A DNA stretch of 64,000 bases from an uncultured Candidatus Saccharibacteria bacterium (GCA_964416985.1 CAYQFS010000001.1:19413-83412); one strand, 5' to 3'. Counted from the stretch's first letter, positions 30,730 through 38,383 are shown. Notes: generated from the letters alone by a model not told the origin. Translations and numbers: made by a program.

Positions 30730-32220
30730 TTATGAAACGTAGTGTTTTTTTCTTATTTCATCAATATCTCCCTTTTCCTCCTCCTCTCTCCTTTCTTTTC
30801 CCTTCTCACCGAGTTTCTTTAGCTCATTTTCAGGCATTTTCATAAGCTCAATAGCTTTTCCTTCAAGATATTCTGGGGTATTAAGCTTAGGATTATCAAG
30901 AACTTCCTCAAGAAGAGCGTGAAGAGTAAATCCTAGCTTTGGTCCAGGTGTTTCATGTGTAACTTCCATTATTCTTTGGCCATTTATCTTGAGCATGCTA
31001 ACAGAAACAGGATCCCGCAGCGCTTCTTCGATCATTGACTTGTATTTTCGGAGTCGATAAGGATTTTCTTTAGGCCTGCCTGTCCCTATACGGTCGCATA
31101 CGCGTATATTCATAAGGTCCCATATGTTTTCCTGTCCAACATTGTTTATCATCCTTCTGACGGCAGATAACGTGATCTCCTGAGTGTCAGAGAAGAACAT
31201 GTGCCAACGAATGAGTTTTGTTACCTTATCAACTGTCTTTTGAGGGAACTTGAACCTTTGAAGTATCTTCTTTGTTACACGTGAACCAACAACTTCATGG
31301 CCATAAAACGTAATTTGACCTGTTTCACGTGAAAGTCTCTTTGTTTCTGGCTTTGAAATATCGTGAAATAGGGCTGAAAGTCGTATATCAAGAGGCCACT
31401 TCTTGTCAGCTGCGTGTTGAACTGTCCTAAGAAGGTGCTCAAAAACGTCAAAAGCATGAGCTTGGTTCTGGCCAACTCCCTTTGCAACCGATAGTTCTGG
31501 AAGAATAATCTTCAAAATCCCAAGCTTCTCAAGCATTTCAAGGCCCTTCTTGGGTTCATTTGACATAAGTATTTTTATGAATTCATCCCGGATTCTCTCA
31601 GAGGAGATCTTCCCAAGAAGATGAGAATGGCTCTGTATAGCCTTTTCTGTATCAATGTTAATCGTGAAACCTAACTCAGTTGCAAGGCGAATAGCTCTCA
31701 ATATACGAAGCGCATCCTCACTAAATCTATCCTCTGCCTTGAGTACAGTCCTCACGACCTTGTCTTTTATGTCCTTAAATCCCCCATACAGGTCAATTAT
31801 GTCCTTTATTGCGCCCTTGGAAAGACTTACTGCGATAGCATTCATGGTGAAGTCACGACGCTTGAGATCGTCTTCAAGCTTAGTACTGAAACGTACCTCA
31901 TCCGGGTGACGGAAGTCGCTATACCCTGTCTCAAGTCGGTACGGGGTAACTTCTACAATCTTGAGCGTCTCATCTTCAGTCGACTCATTTACCACCCCCA
32001 CAGTTCCGAAAGTATTTTCATAAAAAGTTTTTGGAAAAAGAGCAATGATTTGTTCTGGGGTTGCATTTGTTGTGACATCCCAGTCCTTCGGAATTCTTCC
32101 AAGAAAAAGATCTCGAACGCACCCCCCAACAAGGTATGCTTCAAAGCCTCCCTTCTCGAGAGTTTCGACAACAGAGGCTATTTCTTGTGGAATTGATGTT
32201 TTTTTGCTCATTTCCTTCAT
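30730..32220 (-). CDS. cca: CCA-adding tRNA nucleotidyltransferase with HD domain
   Basis: VGGCVRD, DWD, RRDFTMN, EDALRILR and FHDISK. Confidence 0.93.
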   Translation of the reverse strand: MKEMSKKTSIPQEIASVVETLEKGGFEAYLVGGCVRDLFLGRIPKDWDVTTNATPEQIIALFPKTFYENTFGTVGVVNESTEDETLKIVEVTPYRLETGYSDFRHPDEVRFSTKLEDDLKRRDFTMNAIAVSLSKGAIKDIIDLYGGFKDIKDKVVRTVLKAEDRFSEDALRILRAIRLATELGFTINIDTEKAIQSHSHLLGKISSERIRDEFIKILMSNEPKKGLEMLEKLGILKIILPELSVAKGVGQNQAHAFDVFEHLLRTVQHAADKKWPLDIRLSALFHDISKPETKRLSRETGQITFYGHEVVGSRVTKKILQRFKFPQKTVDKVTKLIRWHMFFSDTQEITLSAVRRMINNVGQENIWDLMNIRVCDRIGTGRPKENPYRLRKYKSMIEEALRDPVSVSMLKINGQRIMEVTHETPGPKLGFTLHALLEEVLDNPKLNTPEYLEGKAIELMKMPENELKKLGEKGKERREEEEKGDIDEIRKKHYVS

Positions 32221-32286
32221 GAAAATGATTCTAGCACTTTACCTTTATTTTGCATAGTTATAAACAGTGATATACTATTGTCAAAT

Positions 32287-32868
32287 ATGAATCAGACTAT
32301 TCAAGTAGGTCAAAAGGCCATCCAATTGAGAAGATTGGGATATTCATACACCGACATCTCTCGTGAGCTCAAGGTTTCGCGAGCCTCGGTTTGTAATTGG
32401 GTAAAAAATGTACGTCTCACTGAACACGAGAAACAAATTCTTCAAAAATCCATTGCAAACAAGATGAATAGGGCGAGAATGAAAGCTTCTATTTCTTTGC
32501 GTTCACGAACAGTCTTCAAAGAGAAGAGGGCGTTCGATGAAGCAGAAAGAGATTTTAAAAAGAACCTCAAAGATCCCTTATTTTCGACCGGACTAGCCCT
32601 TTACTGTGCAAAAAGTTCATTTTCTGGTGGAAATATTCAATTTACACACTCAAATCCTGCATTTATTCATATTTTTCTCACCTGGATGCAAAAATATCTC
32701 CAAATATCTGAGGAAAACGTGAAGAAAATTTTTTCTAAAAATGTCTCCGAAAAAGCCAAAATAACCAATCAAAATAAGGGTTCTATGACTATTATCGTAA
32801 GTAATATACGAGCAATGCGTACTCTAATCGCTTGGCAAAAGTTACTTATACAGTATTATAGAGGGTAA
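32287..32868 (+). CDS. HTH protein with a degenerate LAGLIDADG-like C-terminus, tRNA-adjacent
   Basis: LRRLGYSYTDISRELKVSRASVCNWV is an HTH. GLALYCAKS...FTHSNPAFIHIFLTWM follows; the LAGLIDADG link is inference. Confidence 0.6.
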   Translation: MNQTIQVGQKAIQLRRLGYSYTDISRELKVSRASVCNWVKNVRLTEHEKQILQKSIANKMNRARMKASISLRSRTVFKEKRAFDEAERDFKKNLKDPLFSTGLALYCAKSSFSGGNIQFTHSNPAFIHIFLTWMQKYLQISEENVKKIFSKNVSEKAKITNQNKGSMTIIVSNIRAMRTLIAWQKLLIQYYRG

Positions 32869-32943
32869 GCGCCCGTAGTGAAATGGATATCATACCGGTC
32901 TTCGGAACCGTTGTTGGGGGTTCGAATCCCTCCGGGCGCACCA
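32869..32943 (+). tRNA. tRNA-Arg(TCG)
   Basis: GCGCCCG acceptor stem, anticodon loop CTTCGGA, GTTCGAATCC T-loop, encoded CCA. Confidence 0.93.
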
Positions 32944-32944
32944 T

Positions 32945-33015
32945 GCGGGTATGGTTTAGTGGTAGAATGCGTCCTTGCCAAGGACGAGACGGGAGTTCGA
33001 TTCTCCCTACCCGCA
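32945..33015 (+). tRNA. tRNA-Gly(GCC)
   Basis: GCGGGTA/TACCCGC acceptor stem, loop TTGCCAA, GTTCGATTC T-loop; CCA not encoded. Confidence 0.95.
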
Positions 33016-33039
33016 CAGCGACACAATTGAGAGACATTC

Positions 33040-33070
33040 TGTGGAAAATTGTGGATAACTCTGTGGACAG
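33040..33070 (-). promoter_or_regulatory. DnaA-box cluster
   Basis: TGTGGAAAA, TGTGGATAA (perfect) and TGTGGACAG in tandem. Confidence 0.6.
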
Positions 33071-33115
33071 TGTTTATAAGAGACAAAATATATGGCCTAT
33101 ATGCGTCTTTAATAT

Positions 33116-33502
33116 GTGTTTCACGTGAAAATACTAACTACTAAAGAAAGGGGAGATATTGGAGAAAAAATTGCTTCTGAATGGCTAAGTAACAAGGGTT
33201 TTCTTGTTATTGAAAGAAATTATAGGAAGAAGTGGGGAGAGATTGATATTGTAGCCGCCAAGGACAAAATCATTCATTTTATTGAGGTTAAGAGCGTATC
33301 TGGTGGGGGAGGTGGGGGATACAGACCAGAAGACAATGTCCATGAAATAAAGCAAAAACGTCTTAGAAGGACCATTCAGACCTTCCTTGCTGAAAGGAAA
33401 TACTCCTCTGAAGCTGTGTTTCAGTTTCATATCATGGCCATTTACATGGATGATGAGACGAGAAAGGCTCGGGTGGAATTCGTGGAGAATATTATTCTCT
33501 AA
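33116..33502 (+). CDS. YraN (UPF0102) nuclease-fold protein
   Basis: GDIGEKIA, ERNYRKKWGEIDIVA and FIEVK. Confidence 0.92.
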   Translation: MFHVKILTTKERGDIGEKIASEWLSNKGFLVIERNYRKKWGEIDIVAAKDKIIHFIEVKSVSGGGGGGYRPEDNVHEIKQKRLRRTIQTFLAERKYSSEAVFQFHIMAIYMDDETRKARVEFVENIIL

Positions 33503-33549
33503 GAAATTATGGAGTTTTGAAGGTCTGTATGCTAGTATGGTGAAGTTAT

Positions 33550-33625
33550 CGGAGCGTGGTGTAACGGCTAACATTCCTGTTTTGGGAACAGGCGACTCCG
33601 GGTTCGAATCCCGGCGCTCCGACCA
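33550..33625 (+). tRNA. tRNA-Pro(TGG)
   Basis: CGGAGCG acceptor stem, loop TTTGGGA, GTTCGAATCC T-loop, encoded CCA. Confidence 0.94.
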
Positions 33626-33646
33626 TTTTTGAGTTTTTTAACAAAT

Positions 33647-35008
33647 ATGAAGATAAACAAATCACCTTGGATACATCAGCTCGACGAAACAAGGAAGCCC
33701 GTTTCTCTGACTCAGGACATCGATACTGATATCGCAATCGTTGGTGCAGGGATCGCTGGTGTTTCAACGGCTTTTTTCATTCTCAAGTATACAAATAAGA
33801 AAGTTGTTATTATTGAAAAGGGTAAATTGGCTCACGGTGCAACTGGTCATAACGCAGGGCAGGTTGTGGCATGTTTTGAGAGACCTTTGGAGGATATGGT
33901 TAAAGAATTTGGTTTTGAAAAAGTTAAAAAAGCTCTCCACGATCTCCATTCCGGCTGGATATTGATTGATGAGATGTATCATGATGCGCGCCTCAAGATT
34001 CTTTTCTCAAGAATAGATGGAGCTCACGGATTATCAGATCTTCATCAAGTTATTTCTGCTTTGAGCGATCTTGAAATTGAAGTTCTTTCAGGTCTGCACA
34101 AGGATGATTTTCTAATACATGAGAATGCTCCTTTTATCAATTCAATACCGAATAATCTGAAGCATCTCTATAGAACTGTTCCGCACAAGGAAATTTTGGA
34201 AAGGCTTGAGACTGATGATACTGAATTTCAGGCCGTGATGGTTGACCGAAGAGCGTGTATGAACTCAGCTCTCTTCTGTCAGGAGATAGTCTCATATCTC
34301 CTTAAAAAATACGAGACACGTTTTTCAATATACGAAAACACAACCATAAAAAAAGTTATTTTGAGAAAGACTCATGCGCTGCTTGATGCGGATAAACATA
34401 CTATCGGAGCAGAAAGGGTAGTTCTCTGTACGAATGGGTTCGAGAATTTTGATATTTTTAATGAAGACGGTCTTGCTGTTGATAAGAAATTTCATCACTT
34501 AATAGAAGGGAAAGTAGGATACATGTCGGGGTATCTTGAAAATCTAAATAAAAAAGCGGCAGCGATTTCGTATTTTACAAGTGATTTTGATCCATCAAGC
34601 AGTGATCCATACTACTATCTCACCCGAAGACCTCATGAGTTAGGTGACAAAAAACATAATCTTGTCTGTGTCGGTGGCCCAGAACTTGGTATTGATGATA
34701 GGGGAGAGTATTTATACGATTATGACTATCCTGAAAAAATGCACCAAGATATTGATGCTTTCATCAAGAAAGTTTATGACACCGATCCAGAAAAAAAGAT
34801 CGACTACCAATTCACCTGGCATGGCCTCATGGGCTACACACCGAACCGTGTCCGCCTCATTGGGGAAGAGCCTAAGAACCGCGTGCTCCTTTACAACCTT
34901 GGCTGTAATGGCATCGGCATTATTCCTTCTGTTTTTGGCGGAAGGAAGATCTCGAGGATTATAGGAGGGGAGAATATGAAAGAATCCATCTTTGACCCGA
35001 AGAGCTAG
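33647..35008 (+). CDS. FAD-dependent oxidoreductase (DAO family)
   Basis: IVGAGIAG, GATGHNAG and GCNGIG; start at MKINKSPW. Confidence 0.88.
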   Translation: MKINKSPWIHQLDETRKPVSLTQDIDTDIAIVGAGIAGVSTAFFILKYTNKKVVIIEKGKLAHGATGHNAGQVVACFERPLEDMVKEFGFEKVKKALHDLHSGWILIDEMYHDARLKILFSRIDGAHGLSDLHQVISALSDLEIEVLSGLHKDDFLIHENAPFINSIPNNLKHLYRTVPHKEILERLETDDTEFQAVMVDRRACMNSALFCQEIVSYLLKKYETRFSIYENTTIKKVILRKTHALLDADKHTIGAERVVLCTNGFENFDIFNEDGLAVDKKFHHLIEGKVGYMSGYLENLNKKAAAISYFTSDFDPSSSDPYYYLTRRPHELGDKKHNLVCVGGPELGIDDRGEYLYDYDYPEKMHQDIDAFIKKVYDTDPEKKIDYQFTWHGLMGYTPNRVRLIGEEPKNRVLLYNLGCNGIGIIPSVFGGRKISRIIGGENMKESIFDPKS

Positions 35009-35051
35009 CAAAAAATATTATTTCTGGTAGTATGGTTCTACAACTGAATAT

Positions 35052-35125
35052 GCGGGACTAGTTTATCGGTAAAATAACAGTTTTCCAAACTGTGGTGGGG
35101 GGTTCGACTCCCCCGTCCCGCACCA
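35052..35125 (+). tRNA. tRNA-Gly(TCC)
   Basis: GCGGGAC acceptor stem, loop TTTCCAA, GTTCGACTC T-loop, encoded CCA. Confidence 0.94.
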
Positions 35126-35673
35126 TGAAAAAGCTTCTTGTCTCACTCGGGATTCTTGTAGGTATCATTGCAGTAGCTTGTCTCGTTTCTTTTCTCACAG
35201 AAAATCGCTCAGTAAAAAACAATATTCCTTCAGTAGTTGAAAATACAAATTCCTTTTCTGATCCTATGAATGGTACATACACCATCGATGGTGAAAAAAT
35301 TACATTGAAAAATGGTGTCGCCGCAAACGCTCGACTTTTTGGAATTCCGACAAGCGGAGATATAAGTCAAGATGGCCTACATGATTCAATTTTCTTTATT
35401 TCGATTAATAATGGGGGATCGGGAACATTTTTCTATGTTGTGGCAGCTTTGCAAAAAGATGGATCTTACATTGGGACAAATGCTATTTTTCTCGGTGATA
35501 GAATTTCTCCTCAGAACATTACTATTTCAGATGGGGAAGCGGCTGTAAATTATGTAATACGAAGAGATATTGATCCGATGACGGCAGCTCCTTCGGTGGG
35601 GGTGACGAAGTATCTCATTATCAAAGACGGTGAATTAGTAGAATATAACAGGATTGAGGAGGATTTGAAATAA
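35125..35673 (+). CDS. Membrane-anchored/exported hypothetical protein
   Basis: MKKLLVSLGILVGIIAVACL N-terminal TM and a GGSGTFFYV motif. The ATG shares the last A of the tRNA CCA. Confidence 0.75.
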   Translation: MKKLLVSLGILVGIIAVACLVSFLTENRSVKNNIPSVVENTNSFSDPMNGTYTIDGEKITLKNGVAANARLFGIPTSGDISQDGLHDSIFFISINNGGSGTFFYVVAALQKDGSYIGTNAIFLGDRISPQNITISDGEAAVNYVIRRDIDPMTAAPSVGVTKYLIIKDGELVEYNRIEEDLK

Positions 35674-35674
35674 T

Positions 35675-35707
35675 AACAAAAAATCACCCTACGGTGACGT
35701 TTTTGTT
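35675..35707. terminator. Bidirectional intrinsic terminator
   Basis: AACAAAAAA-TCACC-CTAC-GGTGA-CG-TTTTTGTT between convergent genes. Confidence 0.7.
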
Positions 35708-35708
35708 G

Positions 35709-36464
35709 CTAGTCATGATTCCAAATATAATCGAACATTATTCTAAAGGTCTCAGAGATGTATTTACTTTCTATTACGATTGTTAAAATCGTTTCCTTAA
35801 AATTTGTGATAGACACTTTATCCCCATAAATAATTATCTGAGCCGGAATATTTAATTTTTCCGTGGGAACCTTTTTTCTAGTGATGAGATATTTTTCATC
35901 TTCCTCTATCGGGGTTGCGACTGACTGAATATCTGAATGAGGGGCAATAGCCTTTGTCCGGATATTTTGTGCAACTTGTTTTTCTATCTGTTCCTTTATT
36001 AAATGAAGAATTTCCTGGCGACCCTCTTTTATCGGAGAGCTCATTACTAAAATATCCTGACCTATTTCGAGGATTTCACTGTGTACTTTTTCTACACCCC
36101 CTACTCCTTCGTAGAACTGAATATTTGGTTTACCAAACAATGCATTAAATTCTGATGATAAACTACCGAATATCGTATTGAAATCCGAAAAGGCATGATT
36201 GAGACTTTGTTTCTTCACCTCGACCATGTTCTTGATATTTCTAGGGTGTTTAGGCAAGAAAAGGGCTATTTTCCCGATATCCTCCCGTTTTTCTATTAGA
36301 TCTAGGTCTATAAGTTGGTCGATAATCTTATAGGTAAGTGCTCTGCCAATTCCTGTTTTTGATGAAATAGACTTTGCTGAAGAGAAGCCATTGCTTAAAA
36401 GATGGACATATATTTTTGCTTGATCAAGGCTCAGTCCACAGTCTACTAGTATTTTTTCATTCAT
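35709..36464 (-). CDS. TrmB-family transcriptional regulator
   Basis: N-terminal wHTH (GLSLDQAKIYVHLL...ISSKTGIGRALTYKII), PNIQFYEGVGGV and IIIYGDKV. Confidence 0.88.
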   Translation of the reverse strand: MNEKILVDCGLSLDQAKIYVHLLSNGFSSAKSISSKTGIGRALTYKIIDQLIDLDLIEKREDIGKIALFLPKHPRNIKNMVEVKKQSLNHAFSDFNTIFGSLSSEFNALFGKPNIQFYEGVGGVEKVHSEILEIGQDILVMSSPIKEGRQEILHLIKEQIEKQVAQNIRTKAIAPHSDIQSVATPIEEDEKYLITRKKVPTEKLNIPAQIIIYGDKVSITNFKETILTIVIESKYISETFRIMFDYIWNHD

Positions 36465-36563
36465 TTTGTTACAAGATTATGACAATAATAGGCTTATTTA
36501 ATAAGGATACTACAAAATTCGTTATATTACAAGGATTTATGTTGGTAGAAAAGGTACAATAGA

Positions 36564-36591
36564 TTGACAAATCTATTTAATATGCTATGAT
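36564..36591 (+). promoter_or_regulatory. Sigma70 promoter of the ring-nuclease/ribozyme/SAVED island
   Basis: TTGACA-16 nt-TATGAT with a TG extension. Confidence 0.7.
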
Positions 36592-36656
36592 TGACATCAG
36601 AACGATAGATATGGGATGCATAACGCACCGCTATTGTTGTCAGAAAGACTTGACCT

Positions 36657-36974
36657 ATGAAAATTCTTAACTCGTTTTCTCTCAACATGCTCCAAAACCT
36701 TGACGGTGAGGTCACTCACAAAGTGATCCCCCTTGAAGAGGCCAAGGAATGGGCCCGGGTTGGTGTCCTTGAATCCACCGTTGGTCATGCCGACACAGCT
36801 GCGATCTTTGGATCGCAACTAGACTTGGATGTTCCTGCGGTTCGGAGTACCATCTCTTTATCGAAAGGAGATATGGTACTGGTAGGTCAATACCGCGGAC
36901 CACGGTTGGCTGAGGGGGCGAAGACGCTTCCTGATGGAGCGGGTATTGTCTGGATCTTGCTTACGGTTAAGTAA
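36657..36974 (+). CDS. DUF1874 / AcrIII-1 (Crn2) family ring nuclease
   Basis: ILNSFSLNML, STVGH(44)ADTA, R63 and GPR(83)LAE(86)G match the NxFSxNML, GH, R and RLxEG motifs of SIRV1 gp29, STIV B116 and YddF. Confidence 0.88.
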   Translation: MKILNSFSLNMLQNLDGEVTHKVIPLEEAKEWARVGVLESTVGHADTAAIFGSQLDLDVPAVRSTISLSKGDMVLVGQYRGPRLAEGAKTLPDGAGIVWILLTVK

Positions 36975-37029
36975 GTGGGACAGGTCGAAAACCTGAACAA
37001 AAATTTCCTCTGCGCGTTGAGTGAACGCG

Positions 37030-37082
37030 CTGCTTCTCGGAATGTGTATTCCGACTGATGAGTCCGAAAGGACGAAAAGCAG
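37030..37082 (+). ncRNA. Type III hammerhead ribozyme
   Basis: CTGCT-TC (predicted cleavage after C37036), stem I TCGGAAT/ATTCCGA, core CTGATGA, stem II GTCC-GAAA-GGAC, core GAAA, then AGCAG closing stem III. All three stems pair perfectly. Confidence 0.95.
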
Positions 37083-37264
37083 AAGTTCTTTAAATACAAT
37101 TTGGCAGATGAAGTGTTTGAATGCAGATTTAAATATCTATCACACACTCCATCTGCTAAATGAGCTACATAAAAGCGACCTCAACGAGGAGTACAGACGA
37201 TTAAAACAGGGTTTATGAAAATAAACTTTGGTCGTCATGTTGCATCAATAGATGGGATTCAGTT

Positions 37265-37810
37265 ATGACAAATATTGTTGAAAAAATTCTCTCGGTAAGG
37301 GTGATGCTCGTGTCTGGTTTAATCATCGGAGTTCTCTGTGCCTTAACAGGTGCGTGGAATTATGTTGAACCAATGACCGGTATCGCAACCCTTGCGGTCG
37401 CAGGAGCTGTCTGGTTCCAGACCCGTAAGGCAGCCAAGGCTGTCTACGCCGATAACGGAGACGGTAGCTGGGTGGTCGCTCTCGAGGTTGGACGACCGGT
37501 GTCCGAAGCTGTCAAAAAACAGTTCGGGCAACTCGACTGTTTCATCAAGTGTGAGGAAATCATCAAGGGGCACACTCTGGTGCTTCCTGAACACTATGAA
37601 GCTCTGACGAAAGCAGTTTACGCTGCTGTCTGTCAGGGTCAGGGGAAGAATATTCACCTGATCATGTCGGGACCGATTGCCTTGTCAGTTTTGGTTGGAC
37701 AGCTCATCGGTCTTATGCACTTCCAGATCACGGTGTATCAATACACGCCGTCGTCAGGAACGTATGAGGCGATGCCAAGGCCGACTCGAGATTGGCTCGA
37801 GCATCGTTGA
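37265..37810 (+). CDS. 2TM protein with a minimal SAVED/CARF-like nucleotide-sensor domain
   Basis: Two N-terminal hydrophobic helices. C-terminal IHLIMSGPIALSVLVGQLIG...ITVYQY...TYE resembles the SAVED pattern IHLFxxxPxxLAxxLG...VxVY...Y. Confidence 0.7.
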   Translation: MTNIVEKILSVRVMLVSGLIIGVLCALTGAWNYVEPMTGIATLAVAGAVWFQTRKAAKAVYADNGDGSWVVALEVGRPVSEAVKKQFGQLDCFIKCEEIIKGHTLVLPEHYEALTKAVYAAVCQGQGKNIHLIMSGPIALSVLVGQLIGLMHFQITVYQYTPSSGTYEAMPRPTRDWLEHR

Positions 37811-37820
37811 AGGTTGCGAA

Positions 37821-38077
37821 GAGGGAATGGACATCAACATTCCCTCCCTTATCAGATTCAGCATCTTGGTATGATGAATCTGTAGGGGAAATAATGTTCT
37901 TTAGAATTTTATGAGATGGCCAGTTCCTGCTAGTGAGGAATTGGCAAAGGATCTACTCCGCAGCGTGATGAGCGATCATCAGCGTAAGGAGTGGTACAGA
38001 TCCATGTTCAAGGATTAGCCTACCCTTGAACACTTCATTGAGTCCACTGAGTGAAAGATTCTCGTGGGTTCATAGAG
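37821..38077 (+). ncRNA. Array of stem-loops in a non-coding spacer
   Basis: Stems at 37821-37846, 37846-37888, 37919-37945, 37949-38003, 38005-38032 and about 38038-38073. Confidence 0.55.
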
Positions 38078-38110
38078 TAAGAGGAATTTTGAAAAAATAA
38101 AGGACACTTT

Positions 38111-38383
38111 ATGGAGGCAATGGTTTTAAGCATTCCTGCTAAGGGTGCTGAAATTCAGGAAATCAAAGGGGTTAAGTACCTCGTTGCTAGACTGGATGAG
38201 CAGAAAACCTGCATGGAGTATGCCGCCGAGCTAAGGAAAGGAAAACCTGTTGTGATTCCCGCATCAAAACGCGGACACTTAACAGGAATTCTAAAGAAGG
38301 AATCTATTTTCACCACGCATTCTACTGCCCCTGGTGGACAATGGGTAACCTTCGTTCCTTGCGAAAAGCGCGATTTCAAGTAG
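38111..38383 (+). CDS. Small orphan protein (90 aa), last gene of the island
   Basis: AAAGGA Shine-Dalgarno site about 7 nt before the ATG; followed by hairpins and a terminator. Confidence 0.65.
   Translation: MEAMVLSIPAKGAEIQEIKGVKYLVARLDEQKTCMEYAAELRKGKPVVIPASKRGHLTGILKKESIFTTHSTAPGGQWVTFVPCEKRDFK

Larger units (their letters stand above)
30710..33132. repeat. Cluster of parS-like palindromes
   Basis: Matches to TGTTTCACGTGAAACA at 30710, 30724, 30949, 31273, 31321 and 33117. Confidence 0.75.

Noticed and set aside
37021-37218. 65-aa ORF in the track overlapping the hammerhead
   Set aside because: GTG start inside a hairpin with no Shine-Dalgarno site; the ribozyme would cut it after five codons. 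RNA structure explains the sequence better.
37811-38110. Hairpin series as a CRISPR array or integron attC sites
   Set aside because: The hairpins share no repeated sequence and no regular spacing, and I found no RYYYAAC/GTTRRRY ends.
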